Shown piece after piece: positions 25,594-39,316 of a DNA stretch of 64,000 bases. This stretch comes from Octopus sinensis (taxonomy: Eukaryota), in NCBI RefSeq assembly GCF_006345805.1, contig NC_043006.1:10416001-10480000 (forward strand), read 5' to 3'. Each line of letters begins with the position of its first letter. Position 1 is the first letter of the stretch. Below the pieces are notes generated by a model that did not search any database, was not told the origin of the DNA, and worked only from the letters and a program-made list of their open reading frames with translations. The position numbers and the translations under genes are program-made.

Positions 25594-25740
25594 TTCTATA
25601 TTTGACTTTTTCTTTACATTTGCACAAGCTGGCCCCAAGTCTCACCCAGAAACCTCAAGAGACAACAAGTTGGAAGTTCATGCTGATGTTATGCCTAGGG
25701 TGCCATATATTTGGTTTTGTACTTAGTGTTGTACACACAC
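25594..25740 (-). mobile_element. Short R4/Dong-like 3' UTR end (copy 1)
   Basis: Closely similar to 26623-26769; minus strand ends GAGGTTTCTGGGTGAGACTTGG..(TAA)n, resembling the neighbouring Dong tail. Confidence 0.6.
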
Positions 25741-25784
<44 letters not shown>

Positions 25785-25857
25785 TATATTATTATTATTA
25801 TTACTATTATTATTATTATTATTATTATTACTATTATTATTATTATATTATTATTAT

Positions 25858-26446
25858 ATTTTTTCCTTCTTCTTTCAAATTTGCTTCCATTTCTTGCCGA
25901 GTGTCTTCCCGACTCCTAGGGCAAAGAAACTCATAGTATACATTGGTAGGCCATTAAACTAAACTCACTAGTTCGTTCCTTTTTTTTATAGAAATAAAGT
26001 TAAATTAAAATACATGGGTAGTAATAATTCTCTCATCGACAATGCTCTTCTCAATACGTGTGATGTACCAGTTAAGACAATCTTTTGCACTTCTTGCAGG
26101 GGTGGTAAGCCAGGGATCATTCTCATATAATTTTCGGTTCCCTTCTTGATCATTCCTAGTGCTCCTACGATCACTGGTATTGTAACCGCCTTGAGATGCC
26201 ACATTTTCTCAATTTCAATGAGCAGGTCTTTATATTTTCTGAGCTTGTCAAACTCTTTCGCTGAGATATTATGATCACAGGGGATGCTCATGTCGATCAA
26301 TAAGCAAACTTTATTGATTTGGTCTTTCACAACAATATCTGGTTTATTGGCTTTGATGGTTCGGTCTGTATGTACTGGAAAGTCCCACAGAATCATTACA
26401 TTTTCTCCTTCAGAGTCTCACAGAATCGTTACATTTTCTCCTTCAG
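25858..26446 (-). mobile_element. R4/Dong LINE 3' fragment with restriction-like endonuclease
   Basis: ILWDFPVHTDRTIKANKPDIVV..IDMSIP..KYKDLLIEIEKMW..PVIVGALG; (TAA)n on both sides; 33-bp tandem duplication at the 5' junction. Confidence 0.92.
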
Positions 26447-26460
26447 TTATTATTATTATA

Positions 26461-26599
<139 letters not shown>

Positions 26600-26622
26600 T
26601 ACTACTACTATTATCATTATTA

Positions 26623-26769
26623 TTCTATATTTGACTTTTGCTTTACATTTGCACAAGCTGACTCCAAGTTTCACCCAGAGACCTCAAGAGACAACAAGTT
26701 GGAAGTTCATGTTGGTGTTATGCTTAGGGTGGCATATATTTGGTTTTGTTCTTAGTGTTGTACACACAC
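26623..26769 (-). mobile_element. Short R4/Dong-like 3' UTR end (copy 2)
   Basis: See 25594-25740. Confidence 0.6.
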
Positions 26770-26810
<41 letters not shown>

Positions 26811-26996
26811 TATTATTATTATTATTATTATTATCATTAATAATAATAATAATAATAATAATGATAATAATAATTATATTAATATTTATTATTATCATTA
26901 ATATTATTATTATTATTACTATTATTTTATTATTATTATTAGTATTATCATTATTATTATTATTATTATCATTATTATTATTATTATTATTATTAT

Positions 26997-27029
<33 letters not shown>

Positions 27030-27741
27030 CAGCAGCAGTAGTAGTAAGTGAATTAAAACTATTTTATTCTTTCTTTAAAATTAATACTTATATTTCGTAC
27101 TACATACAAATGGATAAACCTAAGTACATATGCATGTGCATGTTAGTGTATACGCATGTATGTATGCATGCATGTAGGAATGAATGTAGGAATGAATGTA
27201 CGTGTGCATGTATGCTTGTATGTATATGAATATATGAGGCAAAGAGAAGGACACGAAGTATTTAGACACGTATATGCAAATAGAACACTTCGCCACATTC
27301 ATACGAGCACACAACTACACACGCACATGCAAACAAATACACACACACAACGAGGAGTACATATGGCCACACCTGTGTTTTATGATCCTTTCATTTTATT
27401 ACTATTTATCTTCAATATATTATTGTTAATAATATTTATGTTTCGCAAGAAAATCATTCGATTATGAAAAAATTCCTTTCGTTTGAAAACATCAAAATTA
27501 AAGGGCTATAAACACTAACACTTAGAGATGCATTTGATCTGTGCATTAAATCGTTTGCAACTGATACTTCTGCACTCGTGATATGCATTTCCCAGGGTCA
27601 TTTAGGACAGGACTTTGGTGTCGTCCTTTAATATTATTTTTATATCCGTAATAAAATAAAAGAACCTCTCTGGTATAACGTCACATAGCATTGATGCATA
27701 TGAGTGTGTAAATCCGTGAACATATACATATACATATATAT

Positions 27742-27773
<32 letters not shown>

Positions 27774-27947
27774 CTCACACAAATATACAAACATACGACA
27801 TACTATTTAAATTAGTGGTGGGAAATTCATCGATTAGGAATTCACATACATATATTCGTAAAATTATTATATTGTTCACATATAGGTGTGCGTCCGTGTG
27901 TGTATGCTTGTATTTAAATAAATAAATAAAAACATATATATATATAA

Positions 27948-27989
<42 letters not shown>

Positions 27990-28329
27990 ATACATACATA
28001 CATATATATATGCATATATACATACATGCATACATACATTCATACATCCATATCTGTATGTATTAATTTAAGCAGGTGTATTAGCTTAACGCTCGGGAAG
28101 AATGGAAAAACCCCTTTACGTTCCGAGCCTAATCTCTTCGACAGTAAGTATTGAAAAGGAAAAACAAGGAGAGAGAATGTGGAAAAACAGGACACAGAAA
28201 AAAGTACAGAGTTCAACGGACCAACATCGCACTGTATATCGTTTCTATTATGCAAAAGTGTCGTTAGTCCAAACCGTTTCTTTTTTCAGAAAACGGAAAA
28301 TAGTTTCACCATTCCATTTCTTTTTACAT

Positions 28330-28683
28330 AACCCTTAACATTTGGCCTCCTAATTCCCCAGATCTCAATCCATTGGACTTTTACATGCTGAGCGTTGTTG
28401 AGAGAGGGGTCACCGAACACGCCCATAGCACCAAAGATACTTTGAAAGCTGCCATAGTCAGAGTAATGTCGAAAATGAACCAGGATCTTTTGATTCGAGC
28501 ACTTAGGACTCATATAGAAGTAGTCGTTGAAGCTAAAAGTGGATTTATTCAATAACATTATAGAAATGAAAGTGTATTTTTTATCCTCATATTATTTTTG
28601 ATAAACAAATTTATTATGTGTTAGTATATATATGCTTTTTTTCATATGCATAGATCTGTCCTCAAATATCTTACGCACCATGT
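28330..28683 (+). mobile_element. Tc1/mariner (maT-like) 3' end with probable right TIR
   Basis: WPPNSPDLNPLDFY..STKDTLKAAI..VVEAKSGFIQ*, then ATCTTACGCACCATG-TA. Confidence 0.85.
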
Positions 28684-28833
28684 ACATATATGTATGTGTG
28701 TATATGTAGATTTATAAAAACATAACTTTGCGATGTTTCACCAAAATGTGACTAGGGTGTTAGGAAACACCTAAATTGCTAGAGATATACACTAACAGGG
28801 CCCATAGTCGTGCGAAAAGTACCAATCGAGAAT

Positions 28834-28886
28834 TCTTAATAATGATGCGTCAGTTTCGCCAGTTTCCATTACCTCATCAGTTAAGA
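28834..28886 (-). ncRNA. Type I hammerhead ribozyme, mutated (copy 1)
   Basis: TCTTAA-CTGATGA-GGTA-ATGGAAAC-TGGC-GAAA-CTGA-CGCA-TCAT-T-A-TTAAGA: perfect 6-bp stem I, one mismatch each in stems II and III. Confidence 0.7.
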
Positions 28887-29183
28887 CCGCTCGAATTTTC
28901 GGTTCTTTCCTCACTTCGCCGTTAGTATTTATGGTTTTGTCAGCCAAATAATGGGAATTAGGAATTCGTTAATATGTATTTATAAAATTAATATATACAG
29001 CACATTGCAATGTTTCACCGTAAAGAATTACAAATCTCACTAAATGTGACTAGGGTTTTAGGAAACACCTACATTGCTAGAAATCAGAGCTAAAGAGCTC
29101 TAATGCCGTGGTTAACACACATTAATGAAAACCTATATACTAACCGGGACCTTAATTATCCGAAAAATACCAATCGTGAATTG

Positions 29184-29232
29184 TTAACACCTCTGTCGGT
29201 TTCGGCAGTTTCCGTTGCCTCATCAGCCCGAC
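29184..29232 (-). ncRNA. Type I hammerhead ribozyme, mutated (copy 2)
   Basis: CTGATGA-GGCA-ACGGAAAC-TGCC-GAAA-CC-GACAGA-GGT-G-TTAAC: perfect stem II, GUG at the cleavage site, stem I lost. Confidence 0.65.
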
Positions 29233-29412
29233 CATTCTGATTTTTCATCGCTATTAGTATTTATGTTTTCGTCGTCCAAATAATTGGTTGATTTAGCAAG
29301 TCGGTAATGTGTATATATAAAATTGATATAAACAGCAGTTCGCAATGTTTCACCAAAAGGGAGACGGGGGTAGAAATCATACAGTGTAATAGGACGGGTG
29401 TAATAATATACA

Positions 29413-29822
29413 TTTCTTTACTAACCACAATGGGCTAAACACAGATGGGACAAACAAAGACAGACAAACGGATTAAGTCGATTATATCGACCACAGTGCT
29501 TAACTGGTACTTATTTAATCGACACCGAAAGGATGAAAAGCAAAGTCAACCTCGGCGGAATTTCAACTCAGAACCTAAAGACAGAGGAAATACAGATTTC
29601 TTTACTACCCACAAAGGGCTAAACACAGAGAGGACAAACAAGGACAGACAAACGGTTTAAGTCGATAATATCGACCCCAGTGCGTAACTGGTACTTAATT
29701 TATCGACCCCGAAAGGATGAAACACAAAGTCGACCTCGGCGGAATTTGAACCCAGAACGTATCGGCAGACAAAATGCGGCTACGCATTTCGCCCGCCGTG
29801 CTAACTGTTTTTGCCAGCTAGG
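29413..29822 (-). mobile_element. SINE family B, head-to-tail dimer
   Basis: Full first unit followed by a headless second unit joined at GTATTTC. Confidence 0.88.
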
Positions 29823-30274
29823 TACAATTACATAGACTTCCAACAACCGTTTATTGTACAGCTAGGGTGAAAGAGAAAGATAATTATAAAATATGTATGG
29901 CGTATAACAATCTGCCAAGAATAACTTTCTATTCTTCTCAATTTTTTACATCAACAACACAGATTGCTTCGTTTATCGGAAATGGAATAAAAAAACATTA
30001 ATATTTAAAGTTACCTTGAAATTAATGATTAATGAAATATGTCTCAATCTCTCGTTTCTTTGTCTTTACACTTATTAGTGAAAATGTAGTTTAATTCTTT
30101 AATAGCACTTGTTTCCTTCGCTGAATTGCACTAAAAGTTTTCCTTTATCTCTTCACACTTTCCTTTATCTCTTCACACTTTATGTTGTGTTATGTGCACT
30201 TTTGATTTGTTAATTCTGGTTTTCTAGTAAATAGAAAACTCCGCCTGCACCACCATTATTAACAATACCGGTTT

Positions 30275-30714
30275 CAAATTTTGGCACAAACCCAGCAATT
30301 CCACGGGGGGGGGCAGTAAATCGGTTACATCAACACTAGTTATAAACTGGCACAAATTTTATCGACCCCGAAAGGATGAAAAGCAAATTCGATCTAGGCG
30401 GAATTTGAACTCAAAATATAATGACGGACGAAATGCGCCTAATCATCTTGCCCGGCATGCTAACGATTCTGCCACCTCGCCTCTTCAACAACAACACGAA
30501 CAACAATCATTTCTGCTAAATGTATAAGGCCTGAGATTTGAGGAGAGGGAATTAGTCGATTTCATCGAAGCTAGTGGAAAGTTAAAGTATCGACCCCGAA
30601 AGGATAAAAAGAAGAGTCGACCTCAGCAGAATTTGAACTCAGGATGTAGCGACGGGCGAAATGCTGCTAAGCATTTTGTTGAGCGTGCTAATGATTCTAC
30701 CAGCTCGCCTCCTC

Positions 30715-30746
<32 letters not shown>

Positions 30747-30982
30747 TATTAACAATGATAATAATAATCATTTCTAATAGAGGCACAAGGCCTGAAATTT
30801 GTGGGAAGGGGATAAGTCTATTACATCGACACCAGTATTTCACTGGTACTTAATTTATTGACCCCGGAAAGATGAAATGCAAAGTCGACCTCGGCAGAAT
30901 TTGAACTCAGACGTAGCTGCAGACGAAATACAACTAAGTATTTCGTCCGGCGTGCTAACGGTTCTGGCTGCTCGCCGCCTTA
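30275..30982 (-). mobile_element. Three co-oriented older SINE family B copies with alternative tail
   Basis: Copies at about 30275-30485, 30510-30715 and 30770-30982, separated by (TAA)n/(CAA)n; tail ..CAGGCCTTGTGCCTCTATTAGAAATG. Confidence 0.85.
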
Positions 30983-32517
30983 AAAAATACTACTACTAAT
31001 AATAATATATGAATATCTTTGAAAGCATTTTGTCGCATATTGATGTCCAGTTCAATGACACTATGACTTTAGCACTTTATCTTAAGATGTTTTATTTATC
31101 TATTTTCATGCCTACTCTTATATTGTCGGAAAGTGAGTCCTACATTTGATTATGATTATCAATTCAAAGTTCCAAACCATTGAAATTATACAAAATATAA
31201 AATCTGCTGCGTGTAAATCACAATGAATTTAAGAAAAAGATAGAACAACTATCTTTATTTGACAACAAATATCTGTGGCATACTACAAAGAGTAGTCGGA
31301 TATCATTTGATTTCTACCCAGTTCTATTCCAAACAGAATGAAAATTATACTTTTATATATGCAAAAGGCGAGATGTTCGCAGCTGGAACGTCTAGTGTAT
31401 CACGTCTCTTCTATATGAAATGACCTGAGGTAAACCACAAAAATGACCTGCAGTTAATATAACCATCATCTTTGAAAACTACTTACATTAAACGTACTAA
31501 TGACAATTCGGCGAAGATGCTCTTATCATATTGATTTCTGCTGATTTAGTGCAGTTGTAACTATAATGAAAATTAGTTATCAGTCGCTTATGATTTCTGG
31601 AGCTGAATTTATGTATAATTAACCAACACTTACGCTTGACTAACCAATTTCACTGGCCAATGACCAATGAGAATCCATTCCTAATCGATGTAGCTTCATG
31701 TTATTTACTCTTACATTTTCGAAGATTTGTAGGAAAATTCTGCCGGCGAATATTGAGTAAAATGTAATAGATCCTGTGTTGTCTCTTAGATGATGATATA
31801 TTCATATCATTCCACACTTTTAATATCCGTAGAATGCTTTCATCAGCTTGACTTATTTAACGAAGCCTTCATCATTTGTCATTGATGTTGAATTGAAAGT
31901 GTTACGTGACATGATGAAGAATGTTCGTCCGTTAAGACTTCATAAGATACTACTTAAAGTTTATCAACTGAAAATCGATCTATTATGCATGTTTCCATAG
32001 AGAAGGATTTCTGCTCTTAGTAACTATTTATATAAATTACATTGGCAGAAAGGTGCAATTATTTCGTTAAATAATATTCCCAGGTTTAATATGATATACT
32101 TTGAATATATTGAGAGCATATCTACCTACGTTCGTGGTAATTATCTTCTTCTTTCTTTCTTTTATTTAATATTATATAATGCAGTTTATTCCCAATAAAA
32201 TTTCCACATCTATAAACTTGCCTAAAGTTGCAAGCTGTTTTAATGAGAACTTGCAATAAATTTATGAGACATCTTAACAGATTAATTATTGAATATAATT
32301 TACTAGGAAATGAAGTTACAGATCGTACACCTAATCTCATTTTATTGCATACACCTTTAAATATCAGTATTATTTACGAATATATATTCTCGTAATTAAT
32401 TACTTCATAAAGTACTATTCACACTGTTATAACTGAAAGAGTTCTAAGAATGAAATTTCAACAAAACTGGAAAGGTTCAAAATGTATTTGCGTTAAAACT
32501 TTTGAATATTGTAGGTG

Positions 32518-32625
32518 TAGGCGTGACTGTGTGGTAATAAGTTGCTTCACTATCACATGGTTCCAGGCTCAGTCCCACCGCGTTGCACCTTGGGGTCAAT
32601 TCATTGGACGGAAACTACAAGGAGG
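32518..32625 (+). mobile_element. SINE family A, diverged and internally deleted fragment
   Basis: GTGACTGTGTGGTAATAAGTTGCTT..CAGTCCCACCGCG..GGACGGAAACT. Confidence 0.65.
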
Positions 32626-35557
32626 TACCTCGGAATGAAACAAATAGTCGAAAATCGGTACGTTTCTGAATGGTTTCTCCTAAAATAGAATTTTCGTTGA
32701 ATGAGATTCAGTAGACTAAGATAAGGTATTACATACGCCAAATTTAGAGTTAAACAACTTATATTCTTACAATAGGATTTCCAGATTCACTGATTTTAGT
32801 TGTTGGAATTTAACTGCTGATGTTCGGGTAATTGGTTCTATTTCTCGTAAAATAACATAGATACAGTGGAGTTGTGTCGGTGAACAGTTACAAAACTATG
32901 ACAAAATCTATTATTAAGAACGGAAAGTAAGTATATGTAACAGTTAGGGAATCATTAAATGGCTTTCGTGAATCCTTTTTGTCTTTATGTATAAGCAAAC
33001 AGGTCAAATGAGGCAGCAAGCAAGTACAACTCCGAATTCTAGTTTATTCAGTTCCTTCTTTTGTTTTATTTTTATTTTTTTCGTTTGATAATTTTGAAAA
33101 TATATGTATTATTAAAAGGTTTATGCAGTGGACATTTGCTATCAGCTTTTGAGAGAGGGGCCTTTAACTGCAATAAATTTGATTCTGACTAAAAATAAAT
33201 TAAACGATAGATATTTAACGGTATCAGAAAAATTAAATATGATTCAGAGGCAGGTAATCCGCTTGATAGAATAAACGAATCTTTATACTGTGAATGGCAA
33301 TGGTTCATCACCACAAGACTGAAATCAAATACACGTTTGCTTAATAAAAGTTCACTACTTTTTATGTTTATCTTATTTAAAACATGAGCAAAATCACTGT
33401 TGATATGGTTTTCTTGTTGATGGCTTCGTAGGCGTTCTTGCTGTTTAGTTCCAAATGAATACTGATCAAATACTTTTCAGCTGCGAATAAGTCGTCGTTT
33501 TACTTTCAAACATAGTGTATCGAAGAATATATTCTAAATTGCCCAATATATTTTTTACATCTTGAAAACAGGATGTTATGAAAGTAGATTTGGTATTCAA
33601 TCTAATCAGGTCGAGCGACCAGATATTGGTTTCAGTAATGAGGCTTTGTGTTCCTTATTGGAATTTCCTTACCAACGTGAGATATAAGTATAAAACTGCA
33701 AAGTGTACTTGATTTGAGTGTTAAATTCTCTTCCGTAAGTGAAGGCCTCAACAATTAGAATTAGTAAAGGCTGCTGTGAAATTTTCAGGGAGAGATATCA
33801 AAATGGTAGATATTAAAATAAGAGACATTATGCTATTGGCAGTTGTTAGATTAGCGTAGTAAATTGGCTAATAAAAATATTATATGTAAATATATTGAAG
33901 ACATTGAAACTTCTAGTTTCTTCAGTTTATATGTTATTAAACTTTACATGTACAAAACCTATTTTATTATCGAAGTTGTCAGTTGATAGTCGCATAGATT
34001 CTATTAAGTGTTTAAGTGTTTTTCATTGCTAAACAATATAAAAGGAATCTTTTCGAAAAACCTTTTGAAAAATATTCCGAGAGACTCGATCTCAGAGCCA
34101 TCATATCCAAAAACTCAGAAAGCGTTTGGTATCAAATACACACGTGTGTACGAATGCATATGCAAGTACATATGTATATGCATATGCAACAAATATATAT
34201 ATATATATATATATGTGTGAGTGTGTGTGTGTGTGTATGTGTCCGTGTGCGTGTGTGTGAGTGTGTGCGTGTGTTGATATACAGTGCACATCTGTATTCA
34301 AATATATATATACACATATATGCATGCATGCATACATACATACATAGATTACATGAATCTGTATGTGTATGTATATGTGGGTATAGATAGTCATGTCCAT
34401 GTGTTGTGTTTATTTTAGAAAAAAGGTGTTTACGTTTGAACAGCGTCTTGACAATTTTCTCATCTGAAGTATTTCAAATATTAATGTTGAAATATTTTTT
34501 CTCTAAAACGTGTTCCTTCCAAGCGAACTTTATTTACGATGTATGTAAGCGGTCTTTCTCAATTGTTTTCCAGTACAAATATTTTTATGAATAGAAATAA
34601 AAGAACAATTGGAAAACGCACAGAAATGGAAATTTTTGAACTATTGGAGTTGAAACTGTTTTCCTTTATTTGAAAGTAATTATCTTTACTAGTTTGAAGG
34701 GATTTATCTTATCTTTGGTAGGAAACATACAGAAAGAAACAAATACATTAAGACAAGCAAGTACATCGATACACAAACACACATGCAATCCCACACACAA
34801 TACACACATGCATATATTTGCATGGGAGTGTATTTATGTTAGCCGTTTGTATTATTAGTCTATTTACAATGGTCTGTGGCTCTAGGGACTAAAGAAGAAT
34901 GGCAGGAAGAGAAAACACAATTTTAATGATGAAGAGATAATACAATAAGCATTTCTTATACGATGGTAAATCGTATCAGTCAACAAAAGAGGTAAACAGA
35001 GACAGAGATATGGACAGAATTAGATAGACATAGAAAATAATGTTAAACTGTTGGTAATACATTCTTCTTCCTGGCTTTCAGTCAGAAGTTTAGACATTTC
35101 ATTTTACTTATAAGGTTCGAGCTTTTGAGAAAGTGATTCAAAGCTCAGCTCGAAACGCATAGAGTCTTGAGTATCGGTTAAAATCTAAGAATCTAACAGT
35201 AAATACAGGCGAAACATAGAGTAAATATTTCAAAAAACTAACATATTCTTACAGGGAAATATTGATTCCGTGCAAAAAGATTTCAAATTAATTTGAGAAA
35301 GGGGCTAGAAACGGTGATAGAGATCCTGTAGAATAATAATACTTGTTTTATCTATTCATATCACATCCTAGCATTGTGTCCCTTGCGTTGATTATTTACA
35401 CAACCGAACCATTGTTCTTTGAGACACCGTCTAGCTCGAGGTGAAAACAATGCACCAGAGTCAGTTAATACATATTCAATGAGTGTGGGTGATGTGAATG
35501 ATGGTGGTTTTTAACATCCCTTACAAGGAACATTCTCAGCGAATGCTAAAAGTGTGT

Positions 35558-35594
<37 letters not shown>

Positions 35595-35610
35595 ATATAT
35601 ATATATATAT

Positions 35611-35651
<41 letters not shown>

Positions 35652-35664
35652 GGAGTTTACATAT

Positions 35665-35704
<40 letters not shown>

Positions 35705-38700
35705 CTATACATTCACCATTCACACATACATATATGCTATACATACAATATTTATATCCATATATAGGTATATATGCATGTATATGTTCACTCACAAACT
35801 CACAAGCATGTATGTATATATATACGTATTGGATTATATGTGCAAATTTGTCTTTGTAACAAAGTATTAACTTTATTTATGACGCTTGCATTACTTGCGA
35901 GAACACCGGTTGTTTTAGCAAAGAGGCTTTTGTATGATTTGAAGATCAGCCTTTCTCGAATTCTAATTATGTGCATTAATAAGGATTAGTGAAAATTCAA
36001 CGAAGGTAATAAATGTAGATTATATTCCAAATCTATCTAGAGAAGATTTTCCCCAAACCATTATCAAACAACACTGGAAGAAATATCAGTAAATATTAAT
36101 AGATAAGCTATCAAAATTAAATCCTTCGTTATCACGGCCTAATTTATCATCCTATCGAATTTATCACTTACTGCAAAATACAAATAAATAAACAGTTTGT
36201 TTGCTTCGTACGGATTATATTCCTCTAAAACATTGTCAAGAACACGTTGTATGGAATCACATTCATATTCCCTGCAACGATTGTGTTGTTGCTATGATTA
36301 TTCACAAATTGAGATGGTCTATATTTCAGTATAAAAAGTATGAAATAGAGATAGATAAAATGACAATCTATAATTCAAAATGATAACTAATGCCAAAGAT
36401 TTTTAGTCCTCAAGGATTTGATACCTATTCATAAAATCTTTTATTTTAGAGAAAAAACTTGAAATATTTCATTGTGCACGTTTCTATAATCTTAGAAGTT
36501 TCGTTTCTTCTTTTTATAAAACATTTAGATATTCATTTTAGTATGCTATAGATTTTACCCATCATACAGAAACAATAAATATCCGTCAGATACTATCTGA
36601 AAATAACGTTTGTCTCGACAGTGTGCATAACTGAATTACCTCTGCTTTCTTAAACTTATGCCGTAAAACCGCGTGGCATGAGAATAATTTATCTCTAATC
36701 AGTAAAAGAAGAAACGAAATTTCCCATTGATGAAAACAATTTGAAATAAAGAAATATAAAAAACATAGAATTATTTCTTACGATATGTATTAGCGTTCAT
36801 CATTTTTTCAGTTGACGAAGAAATAGGTAAATAAGACCTATTTGTTCATCTCCTACGTAAGTTTACATATATTATATCATACCTTTATGTTGTGTGAATA
36901 GAGGTCCCTATTGACAGGCTGCTGGTATTAAAACAAGGTGTTACACAATTGCAGTAAGTAAATTGATAGCTTCAGTTCACTGAAGCCCCTGGAGTTCATC
37001 TGAATATAAACACTTTGTCTATTTGCCTTTCTGCAATTAGTGGATACTGATAAAGAAACTGAATATGTATCGAACTAAAGGGAAATGGATACATTTGACA
37101 TGTGCTCATGTCTACACAAGTTTATATCGTGTGTGTGTATGTATTTGTGCATGTGTTTGCGCGTCTATTTCTATATATATATATATATCTATATGTAATC
37201 GAATTGTGATCGCGTGGTTATAAAGTTCCCTTTTCAACAAGTTTCACAAGTTTCTGGATATATGATACTGATCAATACTTTGATCAAGTATCTACTATCG
37301 TAGTTTCTGGGTGATAAATGCATTGCTTCTGAGTTTTGTTTCGTGTATATAAATACATAAGTGTGCTTGCGTTCTTGCGCGTGTGCGTGTGTGTGGGGTG
37401 TAAGAGTGTGTGTGTGTGAGTAGGCGCGTGCGTTTCTGCATCTCCATGAAGAGTGCGGACGTAGCAGGTATTTGTGACTGAAATATAGCTTCAACATAAA
37501 CATGGATGATAAAACAGAAACCTGTTGACAGTCCCTTGCATACCACTGTTAGAACACCTGAAACCGTAACTAGTCGATATACTGCGTTGCTCCAACTATG
37601 ATATAAAATACATTTACACACTATTATACTTTAGTTTCTAATACAATGAGAATAGTTATTGCAGCATATATTTCTATTGATGTCATAGAAACTGGGTGAA
37701 AAAAACTATAACCATGTGGAATGGTTTTTTTTATTTTATTTTTATTTTATACGAATGTGTAGAACGTTTACCACATTTGTTCTTTGACCATCCAGTTGTC
37801 TTGTATATTAAATACTGCATTGTAAATCATGTTTTTCTTCATTTGAAACACTGGAATGATTTTGAAAAAGATTTGACTGGTATTTCTAATGTCATGCAGC
37901 CACATTGCAGCTTTCTCGTTTACTTGCATGTATCATGACAGTTTCCTGGCATCAGATATAATAGTGTTTAAGCATATTTGCACGAATCCGGTAGATATTG
38001 TGAAGCAAAATGCTTATATTTCTTAGAAACCCTCAAATATTTGCTTGCATGTGACAAACCAGAATTTAGATAATTCCAACCTGCAAGAGACAGGATGGGT
38101 TACTGCAAAGAGCCAATACTATTATCTGTTGTAAGAAACTATCTCAAAACCCAAGAGATGATGCATCGTGCAGCTGTAATTATCTGTTTAAATAACTAAA
38201 TTCTTTTTATTGGCAGTTACTTTTTTTTCTTATCTTTCTTAAAAGCCTTGTTGATCTAGAAGGGAATACACGATATAAAACGGTGCGTTTTCTCGTAAAC
38301 TTCCTTCGATTCCATATCTCAGAGTTTTAGAATTATCCTAACTTCAGTTGCATAATATTTTATCAGTCTCATGAGGAACAGCATAAACACGACACTAAAT
38401 GAATCGTCACGAAAATACTTTATTTTCCTGAGGAGAAATGTGTAGATGTGCAAGACATAAAATGAAAAGGATGGGATAAAGTAAATTTCCTTCTCGAGTG
38501 TATAGAAATTACTTTATTACTTTGCTGGTGATAAAATGCTGTAAAATAAATCCCATGTAATAAACATTCACTAGATTTCAATGGATAAAAATACTCAGTA
38601 ACGATGTTTATGATATGATATGACCTAAGAGGAATTGATCCTGTTTTTGCGAACACATCTTAGCACTGTTTAACATGTATCAATTGCAATTATATTACAA

Positions 38701-38858
38701 CTAATGATATCAGTGCCTTGATGCTGTTCAGCTAGACATGGTTACAGGTACTAAACAATAAAACCATAAGCTTTACTCAAAATCCCTGCAAGACTAATGA
38801 GAATAGTCTAATATTCTACATTTATACTAAAAATGACACCTTGCGTGAACAAGGTCAT

Positions 38859-38893
<35 letters not shown>

Positions 38894-39214
38894 CACACAC
38901 ACACATATATATATATGTATATGTATATTTATATATATATTTGTATATATGTATACACACATACATATGTATGTGTGTGTGTGTGTGTGTGTATCAGAAA
39001 TGAGATTCAGTTTAGTATTACCCGCACAGCTCGAAGTAAGGTGAATAAAATCAAAATAAGGAACGGGATATCAGGTAGTCATTCAGTACGACCGTTTCAA
39101 GCGGCTACATTCAATTGAAAAATGCAATCATTGCATCAATTTCAGCTGCACAAATAAATAAGTGGAATTGTTACAAGTAGGATCCATTAATATAATTTTT
39201 CTGAAATATTTTAA

Positions 39215-39245
39215 TAACAACAACAACGGCAACAACAATAATAAC

Positions 39246-39315
<70 letters not shown>
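39215..39315. repeat. (CAA)n/(TAA)n microsatellite
   Basis: Visible. Confidence 0.95.

Positions 39316-39316
<1 letters not shown>

Larger units (their letters stand above)
28730..29354 (-). mobile_element. Diverged tandem repeat (units about 280 and 335 nt), one type I hammerhead per unit
   Basis: GCRATGTTTCACC recurs at 28730, 29007 and 29342; shared internal blocks include GACTAGGG..GGAAACACCTA and TACCAATCG.GAATT. Confidence 0.75.

Noticed and set aside
30139-30178. 20-bp perfect tandem duplication (also an 18-bp one near 9325-9360)
   Set aside because: Ordinary slippage-type duplication with no further structure.
29413-30982. Regularly recurring repeats as a CRISPR-like array
   Set aside because: Units are ~200-bp SINE modules with no unique spacers and no cas genes; eukaryotic context.
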